Shown in pieces: positions 35,824 to 45,432 of a stretch of DNA of 64,000 nucleotides (positions are counted from its first letter, which is position 1; each line of letters opens with the position of its first letter). Under the pieces are notes generated by a model, which did not search any database, was not told the DNA's origin, and worked only from the letters and a program-made list of their open reading frames with translations. This DNA is from Acidobacteriota bacterium. GTDB lineage: Bacteria; Acidobacteriota; UBA6911; RPQK01; JAJDTT01. Location: the NCBI GenBank assembly GCA_965209055.1, contig OZ242374.1:4064001-4128000 (forward strand), read 5' to 3'. A program made the position numbers and the translations under genes.

Positions 35824-37304
35824 TGGATCTCTCCAGAAGCTCGGTGATCCTGCTCTTTGTGGGTTTGTACATGGTGATGTGCATCGCCGTCGGCCTTTGG
35901 GCTCTGAGCCGGACACGCTCCACCCGGGACTTTTTCATGGCGGGGCGGGATCTGGGCGTCTGGGTCACCGGCCTGGCCGTCTTCTCCAGCACCATGAGCG
36001 GGTTCGGATTCGTGGGCGGCCCCGGGCTGGTCTACCGGATGGGAATGACCTCCGTCTGGATGGTGATGTCCATTCCCCTGGGCTACGTCCTCTGTTTCGC
36101 GCTGCTGGCCAAGCGGATCCGGCTTCTGGCCGAGCTCAGGGAGCCGGTCTCGCTGCCCGATGCGGTGGCGGCGCGATACGGCAGCGAGGGATGCCGTTTC
36201 CTGGCCGCTCTCGCCATTCTCCTGGGAGTCATGGGATACCTGGCGACCCAGATCCTGGCCATGGCCACGGTGCTCCGGGACCTGGTCGCAGGCGCCGGCC
36301 TCGGCGTTTTCAGCATGGAGGCCTGCGTGGCCTTCTCCTGCGCGGTGCTGGTCTTCTATTGCGTGACGGGGGGCATCATCGCCTCGGTCTATACGGACCT
36401 GGTCCAGGGACTGGTGATGGTGGCCGCCGCCGTTCTGGTTTTCCTGGCGACGGCCAACGTGGCTCCCGGGGGTTGGAACGGGATCGTCTCGACCATCTCG
36501 GCCGACGACGCCGGTTCCATGAGCCCCTGGGGAACCCTGGGAGCGTTCCAGGCGCTGTCCTGGTACCTGCTCTTCATCCTGGGAGTCGCCGGCCAACCCC
36601 ACGTCGTCACCAAGATGATGATGAACCGGCGGATCCGGGACGCCAAGTACATCCTGCCTGTGGCCGCCCTCGGATACGCCGTGTCGGCGCTGCTCTGGGT
36701 CAGCATCGGCCTGGCCATGCGGGCCCTGGTGATCCGGGGGATGCATCCGGAACTGGAGGGGGCCGATTCGGCTGCTCCGCAGTTCCTCGCGCACTACGTG
36801 CCCCCGGTCCTGGCCGGGCTGGTCTTCGCGGCCCTCTTCGCGGCCATCATGTCGACGGCCGACGGCTTTCTGAACATCGGCGCGGCCGCCGTGGTCCACG
36901 ACATTCCCCGGGCGCTCCGGGGACGGTCGCTGGTAAACGAGCTGTTCTGGGCCCGGACGGCCACGGTGATCATCGCCGCCGTGGCTTCGGTTTTCGCCCT
37001 CTACAGCGGTGACCTGGTGGCCATTCTGGGCGCCTTCGGTTGGGGCACCTTCGCCGCTGCCCTGGTCCCGGTCGTGGCCCTGGGATTGAACTGGAAGCGG
37101 GCCACGGCGCTGGCGGCCAAGACCGCCATTCTGGTCAGCCTGTCCATCAATTTCGCGTTTCGCCTGCTCGACGTCCAAGTTCCCTGGGGCATCGACCCGG
37201 GCGCAATTTCGCTGCTGGTATCCCTGACCCTGTTCGTCGGGATCTCTCTGGCATCGCCCCGGCCTGTACTCGACCCGGACATCGACCGGCTGCTGGACAC
37301 GTAG
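35823..37304 (+). CDS. Sodium:solute symporter, PutP/PanF-like
   Basis: DFFMAGRDLG, SSTMSGFGFVGGPG, GGIIASVYTDLVQG, GQPHV, AAIMSTADG. Confidence 0.9.
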   Translation: MDLSRSSVILLFVGLYMVMCIAVGLWALSRTRSTRDFFMAGRDLGVWVTGLAVFSSTMSGFGFVGGPGLVYRMGMTSVWMVMSIPLGYVLCFALLAKRIRLLAELREPVSLPDAVAARYGSEGCRFLAALAILLGVMGYLATQILAMATVLRDLVAGAGLGVFSMEACVAFSCAVLVFYCVTGGIIASVYTDLVQGLVMVAAAVLVFLATANVAPGGWNGIVSTISADDAGSMSPWGTLGAFQALSWYLLFILGVAGQPHVVTKMMMNRRIRDAKYILPVAALGYAVSALLWVSIGLAMRALVIRGMHPELEGADSAAPQFLAHYVPPVLAGLVFAALFAAIMSTADGFLNIGAAAVVHDIPRALRGRSLVNELFWARTATVIIAAVASVFALYSGDLVAILGAFGWGTFAAALVPVVALGLNWKRATALAAKTAILVSLSINFAFRLLDVQVPWGIDPGAISLLVSLTLFVGISLASPRPVLDPDIDRLLDT

Positions 37305-37729
37305 GAGGAGCGGCGGTTTTCCAACCGCCGAACGCCGGAGCGACAATCTGCCACCAATCGAATGGGCGATTAGAAATCGCTCCTCCTCAAATGCCACCAA
37401 TCGAATGGGCGATTAGAAATCGCCCCCCCTCGACTGCTACCAATCGAATGGGCGATTGGAAATCGCCCCCCCTCGACTGCCACCAATCGAGTGGGCGATT
37501 AGAAATCGCCCCCCCTCAAATGCCACCAATCGAATGGGCGATTAGAAATCGCCCCCCTCGACTGCCACCAATCGAATGGGCGATTAGAAATCGCCCCTCC
37601 TCAACTGCCACCAATCGAATGGGCGATTAGAAATCGCCCCCCCTCGACTGCCACCAATCGAACGGGCGATTAGAAATCGCCCCCCCTCGACTGCCACCAA
37701 CGAACGGGCGACTGGAAATCGCCCCTCCT
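37304..37729. repeat. Tandem array of nine ~43 bp hairpin units preceded by one inverted REP-like copy
   Basis: Units start at 37349, 37392, 37435, 37478, 37521, 37563, 37606, 37649, 37692; consensus TGCCACCAATCGAATGGGCGATTAGAAATCGCCCCCCCTCRAM; inverted GGAGGAGCGGCGGTTTTCCAACCGCC at 37304-37329. Confidence 0.95.
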
Positions 37730-37778
37730 TCAGACCGTCTTGACCGGTTGCCGACGGGGGAATAGGCTCGCCGGTATC

Positions 37779-39926
37779 ATGAAGAAAACGCTCGGAATAG
37801 CATCACTCGTTCTCATTGTTGGCCTCGTCACCACTTCGACGGACGGGCACGAAGGGCCGCCCAACACCTTGGTTCCGTTCACCGCCCCCGATTTCATCGG
37901 GGATCCGGCCATCGGCCGCGAGCTCTCCGATCTGGCCGAATTCGCCATTCACTTGTTGCAGTGGACCGAGACCGACCGGAGCGTTGCCCGGTTGCAGCGA
38001 ACCCTCAAGGGCAAGGTCGGGGGGTTTTTCCCGCGCTGGAACGGCACCTCCACCGAAGCACCGGCATTGGAGGAGATCCTCCGGTTCACCAACGAGAGCT
38101 ACGAAGCCCTCTCCTGTCCTCAGCTCACCAAGATCGAGGTCGGTTCCGCAGTGACCCTGATCGAGGCGCCCGCGGCACTGGATCTGTTGGGGAAGGAAGG
38201 AACGGAAATTCCGGTGATCATTCGTAACGCCGGCGCGGCGGACGTGGCGGTGACCATCGGTTCCGGATCCGAAGACGTGGAAGTGGAGCCCCGGATCGTC
38301 CGTCTCAAAGGAGGGGAAACGACAGGTGCATGGCTGATCGTCTCCGCCATCCGGAAGGAGGCCTCGGCGCTTGTGCTCAGGGTGGAAGCCGGTGCCGTCA
38401 CGGGAGCGGTCTCGGTCCCGGCGCGGGTCAGAAATATGAGTCTGCTGCGGGTGAAGGTCGTGGACGAGTCGGGTCTCGCGACGCCCGCCCGCGTCTATCT
38501 CACCGGTGCCGACGGGAAGCGCCATACGCCGAAAGAGATCATTCCCCGAATCACCAGCGCCGACTACGGTCAGCCCTACGGCGGCGAATACTATTTCTAC
38601 ACCGACGGTGGTTTCTCAGTGAGTATTCCCCAAGGGGAGACGCAGCTCGAGGTGATCAAGGGATTGGAGTATGCGCCCTTTAAAACCACCTTTCAGATGC
38701 CGGCGTCCGGCCTGAAAGAAGTCGTGGCCCGTCTGGACCGGCCCTTCAACATGGCGGCCAAGGGCTGGTTCTCGGGAGATACCCACATCCACCCCAACCT
38801 CTTTTCCGACACCCGGATCCGGCCTCAGGACGTGCTGCGGATCACCAAGGCCGAAGATCTGAACGTGCCCCACCTTCTCGCCTGCAACGACACCGACGGA
38901 TTCATCACCGACCTGATCTATTTCGAAGGCAAGCCCAACCGCCTCTCGGAGAAGAACTACATCCTCTACTGGAACCAGGAGATGAGGAACCTGCGGGTTT
39001 ACGGGCACATGGCGTTTTTGAAGCTCAAGGAATTCGTGCACCCCTCTTACACCGGTTGGCCCCGGACCGAGGAGGTTTACGACTATCCGCCGAATCACCA
39101 TTTGGCGGTTGCCGCCAAGCAGCAGGGAGCGGCCGTCGTCCAGGTGCATCCGGGGTTGCCTCAGGAATATCCGGTGAACTTCGCCCTGGGTGCGATGGAC
39201 ACCATCGACGTCATGTGCCAGGGGAACGAGGAGAAGAACACGGCGGACTGGTACCGGTTGCTCAACTCGGGTTTCCGCACCGGAATCTCGGCGGGGACCG
39301 ACTGTTTTCTGAACGTCCCCTACCACTTGCTGGCGGGCGCGGGCCGGGTCTATGTGAAAACCGGGCCTCAACTGACCTATGACAAGTGGATCCAGGCCTA
39401 TCTGGAGGGCAGGAGCTTCGCTTCCAACGCTCCTCTCGTCGAGTTCAGCGTCGACGGCAAGGGGGCGGGGGAGGAGATCCGCTGGAGTTCCGGTTCCAGG
39501 ACGGTTCGGGTGGAGGCCAGCGCGGTCTCCCATGTCCCCATGAAGACCATGGAGGTGGTGGTCAACGGGAAACCGGTCTATACGGTGGAGGCCACCGATG
39601 ACGGTAGGAGGGCGGCTCTGTCACGGGAGATCCAACTGGAAGAGAGCGCCTGGGTCGCCGTTCGGGTCCGTGGCGAAGCCCATCGCCTGGTGCCCAACGA
39701 CACGGAACTCTACGCCCACACCAGCCCGGTCTATTGCTACCGGGACGGGTCCCGCATCCATTTCCGGGAGGATGCGCTCTATTTCGTGGAGCAGATCGAC
39801 CGGCTTCTGGACCGGGTCGACCGCAACGGGGTTTTCAAGGACGCAGCCCAGAAACAGAAGGTCGTGGACCTGTTTCGAAAGGGTCAGGACGTCTACCGCA
39901 AGATCGCCCGCGAGGCGACGCGGTAG
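37779..39926 (+). CDS. CehA/McbA-like PHP-fold metallohydrolase, exported
   Basis: Signal peptide; TPARVYL, KGLEY, GWFSGDTHIH, YGH, HP, AGTD, GRSFASNAP, AHTSPVY. Confidence 0.8.
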   Translation: MKKTLGIASLVLIVGLVTTSTDGHEGPPNTLVPFTAPDFIGDPAIGRELSDLAEFAIHLLQWTETDRSVARLQRTLKGKVGGFFPRWNGTSTEAPALEEILRFTNESYEALSCPQLTKIEVGSAVTLIEAPAALDLLGKEGTEIPVIIRNAGAADVAVTIGSGSEDVEVEPRIVRLKGGETTGAWLIVSAIRKEASALVLRVEAGAVTGAVSVPARVRNMSLLRVKVVDESGLATPARVYLTGADGKRHTPKEIIPRITSADYGQPYGGEYYFYTDGGFSVSIPQGETQLEVIKGLEYAPFKTTFQMPASGLKEVVARLDRPFNMAAKGWFSGDTHIHPNLFSDTRIRPQDVLRITKAEDLNVPHLLACNDTDGFITDLIYFEGKPNRLSEKNYILYWNQEMRNLRVYGHMAFLKLKEFVHPSYTGWPRTEEVYDYPPNHHLAVAAKQQGAAVVQVHPGLPQEYPVNFALGAMDTIDVMCQGNEEKNTADWYRLLNSGFRTGISAGTDCFLNVPYHLLAGAGRVYVKTGPQLTYDKWIQAYLEGRSFASNAPLVEFSVDGKGAGEEIRWSSGSRTVRVEASAVSHVPMKTMEVVVNGKPVYTVEATDDGRRAALSREIQLEESAWVAVRVRGEAHRLVPNDTELYAHTSPVYCYRDGSRIHFREDALYFVEQIDRLLDRVDRNGVFKDAAQKQKVVDLFRKGQDVYRKIAREATR

Positions 39927-39944
39927 CAGGGCCGGTCCGGCGCC

Positions 39945-40340
39945 TCAACCCTTCTTGTCGAGGCTCCAGATTCCCGCGCCCTTGGCCGCGATGAACAGAA
40001 AGACAAAGGCGTAGATGGCCGCCAGCTCGCCCTTGTTTTCGATGGGCCACAAGCCGTGAGGCTGATGGGCCATGAAGTAGGCCACGGCCATCTGGCCGCT
40101 GGAGATGAAGGCGGCCCAACTGGTCAGGAACCCCACGGCGATCAGCAGGCCTCCCACCAGCTCGATGATTCCGGCCAGGCCCATGAGGCTGACCAGGGGC
40201 GCCGCCGCACCCGAATCTCCGCCGGCGCCGCCGAAGAGGCCCAGCACCTTCTGGGCTCCATGAAACGCGAACAGAAACCCTGAGACGATCCGGACCAGAG
40301 CGTAAGTCTCATTCGAGTACTTTGAGAGAATACCTTGCAT
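39945..40340 (-). CDS. DoxX family membrane protein
   Basis: RIVSGFLFAFHGAQKVLG, IELVGGLLIAVG, AVAYFMAH, NKGELA, GAGIWSLD. Confidence 0.92.
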   Translation of the reverse strand: MQGILSKYSNETYALVRIVSGFLFAFHGAQKVLGLFGGAGGDSGAAAPLVSLMGLAGIIELVGGLLIAVGFLTSWAAFISSGQMAVAYFMAHQPHGLWPIENKGELAAIYAFVFLFIAAKGAGIWSLDKKG

Positions 40341-40602
40341 AAATCCCCCTAAATAAATACTAATCTATCGGATCAGACACCGGATCCACCGTCCGGCTCC
40401 GGCCGAAGTGGAATCATACCCAAATCGAGGGAATGAGGAAACAGGACAAAAACCGGAAGCGTGACCAGAACCTACCGGGAGCGGGGACCCAAGATGAATG
40501 ACGTGGCGACTTGCTCCGTGTGCTGGTATAGTGCGCGCCCAATCGGGCGGCCGGATGGACGTTGGTGGTTGAGGCCCTATCATGAACCGGGCCGGAAAGG
40601 AA

Positions 40603-41385
40603 ATGATGCTTCAGAATCGGATCAAGAAACTTCTGGGGGAAGGCAGGGCGGCCTGGGGATCGGCCCTTTCGGACGCCTCCGAATTGTTGGCCAAGGCCAC
40701 CCTCAAGCAAGGCATCGACTTCCTCTGGATCGACACGGAACATCGGCCCTTCGGGATCAACGAAGTCCAGATGGTGCCCATCATCTGCCGCCTCGAGGGG
40801 CGGGACGCCATGCTGCGGGTTCCGAATCTGGATCCGGGCCTCATCAAGAAGGGTCTGGACATGGGCTGCAGCAGCATCATGGTGCCGCAGGTGGACAATG
40901 CGGAGCAGGCTCGCCTGGCCGTTGAGTACTGCAAGTTTCCGCCCGAGGGAAGCCGGGGTGTGGGTCCGGTCTGGCCGATGCTGCTGGATGTGGACATCAA
41001 CGACTACCTTGAGTCGGCCAACCGGGAGACCTGCGTCATCGTCCAGGTGGAGACGGCGGAGGGGCTGGACAACCTGGAACGGATCGCCGAAGTCGAGGGG
41101 GTCGACGTCGTGTTTGCCGGTCCCGCCGATATTTCGGCGTCGATGGGGCACCTGGGGAACATCGGTCATCCGGAAGTTCAGAAATGCCTGGAGGACTTTC
41201 CCGCCCGTGCCGCCTCCTGCGGCAAGCCCAGCGGCATCACATACCCCGGGTTCGACGCCTGTTGGAAAGCCTATGAACAAGGCTACCGGTTCATAAACGT
41301 CGGCAACCTCATGCACTTCGGCCAGGTCGGCCTGGGCGAGTGCCTGGGCAAACTGCGGCAACTGGAGGACTCCGCCTCCGGCTGA
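40603..41385 (+). CDS. HpcH/HpaI aldolase family protein
   Basis: IDTEH, LDMG..IMVPQV, FPPEGSRG, QVETAEG, FAGPADIS; start could be 40582 or 40606. Confidence 0.9.
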   Translation: MMLQNRIKKLLGEGRAAWGSALSDASELLAKATLKQGIDFLWIDTEHRPFGINEVQMVPIICRLEGRDAMLRVPNLDPGLIKKGLDMGCSSIMVPQVDNAEQARLAVEYCKFPPEGSRGVGPVWPMLLDVDINDYLESANRETCVIVQVETAEGLDNLERIAEVEGVDVVFAGPADISASMGHLGNIGHPEVQKCLEDFPARAASCGKPSGITYPGFDACWKAYEQGYRFINVGNLMHFGQVGLGECLGKLRQLEDSASG

Positions 41386-41406
41386 ATCCCACCGTTTCGG
41401 AGATCT

Positions 41407-42492
41407 CTACCGAATCCCGGGGGTTGACCGAGGGACGGTCTCGGACCCGGTGTCCGGACGTGCGCCATCGGGCGCGGGACCACCCCCAGAGGCTTCGCCG
41501 GTTCGTTCCGATACGGCCGCCGTATCGGAAAACCCCTGTTGCAGACCGCGGTCCAGGACGGGCAAGCCGATCGCCAGCGCGACGCTGACCGCCAACCCGA
41601 TCGCCGCCTTCCCCACGTCCTTGCCGGCGAGAAGGATCGACGCCGAAATCGTGCGGTGCCGGAGCCGGAAGGCCAACGCCAGCTCGCGGCCCGCCAGCAA
41701 TCCCAGGAAGACCCAGGTCGTGCTCATGGGCATATTGGACATCTCCTTGAAATACATCAGGATGGACGCATAGATGAAGTCGATGAGGGTCGCCGTGCGG
41801 ATGTCGGTGGTATTGGTCTTGGAGGTGACGATGCCCTGAATCCGGCCCCCCCGGTTCTTGAAGATGACGGCGCTCAGCACCAGCATCACGACGGCGGCAA
41901 AAATGAGCACGTCGAGTTCCGCGGTGCGCGGCAGGTAGACGAAGATGTTGGCCAGGTCCTGGATCAGCCACTGGCTCCACAGAAAGGCGGTTGCGAGCCA
42001 CTGTAGAGCGATGGCGTAGGGTCGGGGCGGCCGGTTCTTCGTCGCCATGAAGCGGGATTCGAGGAGGTTGGCGACGATCAGGTAAACGACGAAACCGGCG
42101 CCGATGGCGACGCCGTAGCCCAGCAGCGACTTGGTCAGGATCTTCAGCAGATTCGTGGGAGCGAAGACCGTCAACACCAGGAACGTGGTGCTGACCGGCA
42201 CGCCGTACCGGGTCAACAACAGGATGAACACGGGAGGAATGGCGTGCAGCCAGGTGATGCCTCCCTTGGGCTCCGGGAACTGCTCAAGGCGCCCGTAGGC
42301 GATGTCGCCCTCGTTGGTCAGCCATCCGTACACCAGGACCGCCAGGAGGATCAGGCAGGCGTAGATCCACAACAACCACCAGGGCCGGCGGGAATTGGAG
42401 CTGAGAAACGTCCCCAGGGTCTGGATGGCGTCGTTGGCCACGATGGAGTAGGCCGCCAGGATAAACCCGACGAGCATGAACATTTCCGTCAA
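41407..42492 (-). CDS. Divergent PiT/PHO4-like inorganic anion transporter
   Basis: ANDAIQT and QDLAN resemble the duplicated GAND motif; PVSTT and PMSTT repeats; multiple TMs. Confidence 0.6.
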   Translation of the reverse strand: MTEMFMLVGFILAAYSIVANDAIQTLGTFLSSNSRRPWWLLWIYACLILLAVLVYGWLTNEGDIAYGRLEQFPEPKGGITWLHAIPPVFILLLTRYGVPVSTTFLVLTVFAPTNLLKILTKSLLGYGVAIGAGFVVYLIVANLLESRFMATKNRPPRPYAIALQWLATAFLWSQWLIQDLANIFVYLPRTAELDVLIFAAVVMLVLSAVIFKNRGGRIQGIVTSKTNTTDIRTATLIDFIYASILMYFKEMSNMPMSTTWVFLGLLAGRELALAFRLRHRTISASILLAGKDVGKAAIGLAVSVALAIGLPVLDRGLQQGFSDTAAVSERTGEASGGGPAPDGARPDTGSETVPRSTPGIR

Positions 42493-42718
42493 AAGGAACG
42501 CTCCTTACGCCGCTCCCCCGTTTCTCTGTCGACGGCCATTCTGTCGTTCATCGGCGGACCCGCCCCGCAGATATTAGCGGACACTGCCCAAGGATTCACG
42601 GGAGGCGCGCCCGTGGACTCGACCTGCGGGACCCGGAATGCATCGGCGCCGGCGATGCGCCGGTTGAGATTTCGCTTTTTGGTGTGTCAGTCTGAGACCG
42701 TCTTGAAGGAGGCGGGAA

Positions 42719-43831
42719 GTGCCTGAACATGTCGTGCTCTGGGGTCCGCCGGACGTGGACGGATCCCCGGAAGGAACCGAGGACAGCCGCCTGTTGTCGG
42801 CCTGGATGAAGAAATGCGCCGATCACGGCGTCACCAAGATCATCGACGGCAGCGCCAGGGTCCTGCCGGCAGGCGAGCGGACATTGGCCCGCCCCCGGGC
42901 CGCACGGCGGGCGGGGATGAAGTTCGACACCTATGTGGACTACAACGGCTTTCCCCGGCATGGCGGCGCCCGGATGACGTACGGCTGGTCCCTGGACTTT
43001 CTGCGTCCCCCCGTGAATTCGGCTGAGGCCCGGGCGATTCTGGACCAGCACCGGCCCATTTATCACGGCCCCTACGTGACGACCGAGATGTCCGGCTTCG
43101 CCGCCCGGCATCCGGAATACCGGAGCCTGACCCGCAACCGTTCCTATGTGGTGGAGCCGGGGAAGGACGTCTACCTGAGCGCCTCGTTTCCCGAGGTGCG
43201 GGACCACCAGGCGCGCCTGTTCGTCGAAGCCCTGGAGGTGACCCGCGCCGACGGTCTTCAGGTCGAGTTCGTTCTGGGGAATGAAGACGAAAACGGCGTC
43301 GTGCCCTACGGCTACGAGGACCGGACCGTGTCCGAGTTTCGAGCCAGGTTCGGCAAGGACCCTTTCGACCTGCCCAATGACGACCCGGACTGGATGCGGT
43401 TCCGCGCCGAATACGTCACGTTGTTCCTCTCGGAGGTCCGGGCGAGGATCAAGCAGTCATCGCCCCAGGCGGTTCTTTCCACCACCATCATCGCCGGAGA
43501 GCCGGAGGACTACATCAAGGTGCTGCAGGACTGGCCGGCGTGGATCGAGCAGGGTCTGTTGGACGAGTTCTGCCTCTGGTTCCGGACCGACTCCGACCTG
43601 GAGGCGGTCCGCCGTCAGGTCCGGCACGTTGTGGACGTGGCCGCCGGCCGCGTTCCCGTGATCGCCGAGCTCTCCTGCTATCACCCGGGAAGCTTTCAGG
43701 ATCCGGAATCCATGCTGACCGCCGGCAGGATCGCCGTCGACAACGGAGCTTCCGGAGTCGGCATCTACCGCAGCCATTCCGTCCGGCAACTGGACTTCTG
43801 GCCGGTCCTGGAAGCCTTGAGCAAGCTCTGA
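42719..43831 (+). CDS. GHL10/DUF187-like TIM-barrel glycoside hydrolase-like protein
   Basis: ARHPEY, YLSASFPEVRD, ADGLQVEF, WMRFRAEYVT, QDWPAWIEQGLLD. Confidence 0.7.
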   Translation: MPEHVVLWGPPDVDGSPEGTEDSRLLSAWMKKCADHGVTKIIDGSARVLPAGERTLARPRAARRAGMKFDTYVDYNGFPRHGGARMTYGWSLDFLRPPVNSAEARAILDQHRPIYHGPYVTTEMSGFAARHPEYRSLTRNRSYVVEPGKDVYLSASFPEVRDHQARLFVEALEVTRADGLQVEFVLGNEDENGVVPYGYEDRTVSEFRARFGKDPFDLPNDDPDWMRFRAEYVTLFLSEVRARIKQSSPQAVLSTTIIAGEPEDYIKVLQDWPAWIEQGLLDEFCLWFRTDSDLEAVRRQVRHVVDVAAGRVPVIAELSCYHPGSFQDPESMLTAGRIAVDNGASGVGIYRSHSVRQLDFWPVLEALSKL

Positions 43832-43832
43832 A

Positions 43833-45416
43833 ATGGGGCAGGAGGGACCGGTTCCCAGGCATTTCAGGCGTGCTTCGAGTCTCAAACAGCTCCGCCGGAG
43901 TCCTTTCTCCCGGGTCGCCAATCCACTGGCATTGCTCTTCCTGATGGTGGTCCCTCTCTTCGGGGAAGGGAACCGGCCCGTCGAACTGGGCGACCGGCGC
44001 GAGTTGATGCTGGACGACACTTTATTCGAAACGATTCGAGACCTGGAGTTCCGTCAGCACTCCCCCCGCGACGCCGAAAAGATCCTGGATCTGGATGCCC
44101 CGTGGGAGGGCCGGAAATACCACGGTTTCACCGTCTGCGGCTACCCAGTGGTGTTGGAGGACGGAGGCAGATTTCGCCTCTACTATGCTTCCTATCTGGG
44201 ATTGCGATTCCGGCCCAGGGACCCTGAAACCCAATTCACCTGCTACGCGGAAAGCAGCGACGGAGTGACCTGGGACCGAATCCGGCTGGGCCGTGTCGAG
44301 TTCGAGGGGTCGTCGGACAACAACATCCTGCTCCAGGGGAGGACCTCGCACAATTTCGCTCCCTTCATCGACACGAGGCCCGGCACGCCGGCGTCGGAAC
44401 GCTACAAGGCCGTCGGGGGAAATCCGGAGGCCTATGTCTTCGCTTCCGCCGATGGGCTCGAATGGCGAAAACTCAGGGAGGAACCCATTCTGGACGGAGA
44501 GGAACCGGCCTTCGACCGCCACGGAGCCATCCGTTGGGGGAACGATCCCAGCCGCAGAAGGGCGATCCTGGACTCTCTCAACGTCAGCTTCTGGGACCCG
44601 GGGAACGGGCAGTACGTCCTGTTCTTCCGGGCCTATCTGCCGTGCCTGTCCCGGGACGGAAAGCGCCGGCTTCCCGAGACCCGGTCGGTGATGCGGGCCA
44701 CTTCACGGGACTTCCTGAATTGGGGAAACATCGAGCCCATCGAGTATGGGGAACCGCGCCGGGAATGGAAGCACTCCCTCTACACCAGCGGGCTGAAACC
44801 CTACCCTCGGGCGCCGCACATCGTGCTGGGTTTTCCTCTGCGCACGGCGCCTCGCAAACCTTTCCACGGCACCTCCTACGGTCTGAGCGAGACGGCCTTC
44901 ATGTACAGCCGCGACACGCTGAATTTCGTGTTGGTCGACGAGCCCTTCCTGCGCCCGGGGCGCGACGCCAGGAACTGGAGCAAGCACGGGAACCTCATGG
45001 CCTGGGGCATGCTCCAGACGGCTCCGGACGAACTCTCCTTCTACTACCTGCAGCATGACCATCAGCCGGACACCTTCATTCGGCGGGGAGTGCTGCGGGT
45101 CGACGGCTTCCGGTCGCTGCACGCCGGGGGGTTTCCGGGCGGAACGGCCATCACTCGTCCGCTCGTTTTCCAGGGAGCCCGCTTGGAGATCAATGCCGCC
45201 ACCGGAGCGGGAGGCGGCATCCGGATCGCCATTCTGGATGCGGCCACGAAGCGGCCGGTCCCGGGGTATGAATCCAGCAAGGAGTTCTTTGGCGACGAAA
45301 TCCAGCACTTCGTCGAGTTCAGTGGGGGCAGAACGCTGGCGCCCCTGTCGGGAAAACCGGTCCGGCTCCGCTTCCAAATGGTCGACGCGGACCTCTACTC
45401 CCTGAAGTTTCATTGA
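43833..45416 (+). CDS. Exported hypothetical protein, beta-propeller glycosidase-like with C-terminal beta-sandwich
   Basis: RRELMLDD, CYAESSDGVTW (Asp-box-like), ERYKA, SADGLEW, LRVDGF.SL, GKPVRLRF...ADLYSLKF; start uncertain. Confidence 0.65.
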   Translation: MGQEGPVPRHFRRASSLKQLRRSPFSRVANPLALLFLMVVPLFGEGNRPVELGDRRELMLDDTLFETIRDLEFRQHSPRDAEKILDLDAPWEGRKYHGFTVCGYPVVLEDGGRFRLYYASYLGLRFRPRDPETQFTCYAESSDGVTWDRIRLGRVEFEGSSDNNILLQGRTSHNFAPFIDTRPGTPASERYKAVGGNPEAYVFASADGLEWRKLREEPILDGEEPAFDRHGAIRWGNDPSRRRAILDSLNVSFWDPGNGQYVLFFRAYLPCLSRDGKRRLPETRSVMRATSRDFLNWGNIEPIEYGEPRREWKHSLYTSGLKPYPRAPHIVLGFPLRTAPRKPFHGTSYGLSETAFMYSRDTLNFVLVDEPFLRPGRDARNWSKHGNLMAWGMLQTAPDELSFYYLQHDHQPDTFIRRGVLRVDGFRSLHAGGFPGGTAITRPLVFQGARLEINAATGAGGGIRIAILDAATKRPVPGYESSKEFFGDEIQHFVEFSGGRTLAPLSGKPVRLRFQMVDADLYSLKFH

Positions 45417-45432
45417 GCCGGGAGATTCCGGC

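Noticed and set aside
37040-37630. 196 aa ORF with repeated PPIEWAIRNRP peptides
   Set aside because: Translation of the tandem repeat; overlaps the symporter out of frame
37349-37729. CRISPR array
   Set aside because: No unique spacers (linkers nearly identical), the 43 bp period is too short, and there are no cas genes in the window
40504-40514. Sigma-54 promoter TGGC...TTGC upstream of the aldolase
   Set aside because: GG-to-GC spacing is too short for a -24/-12 promoter
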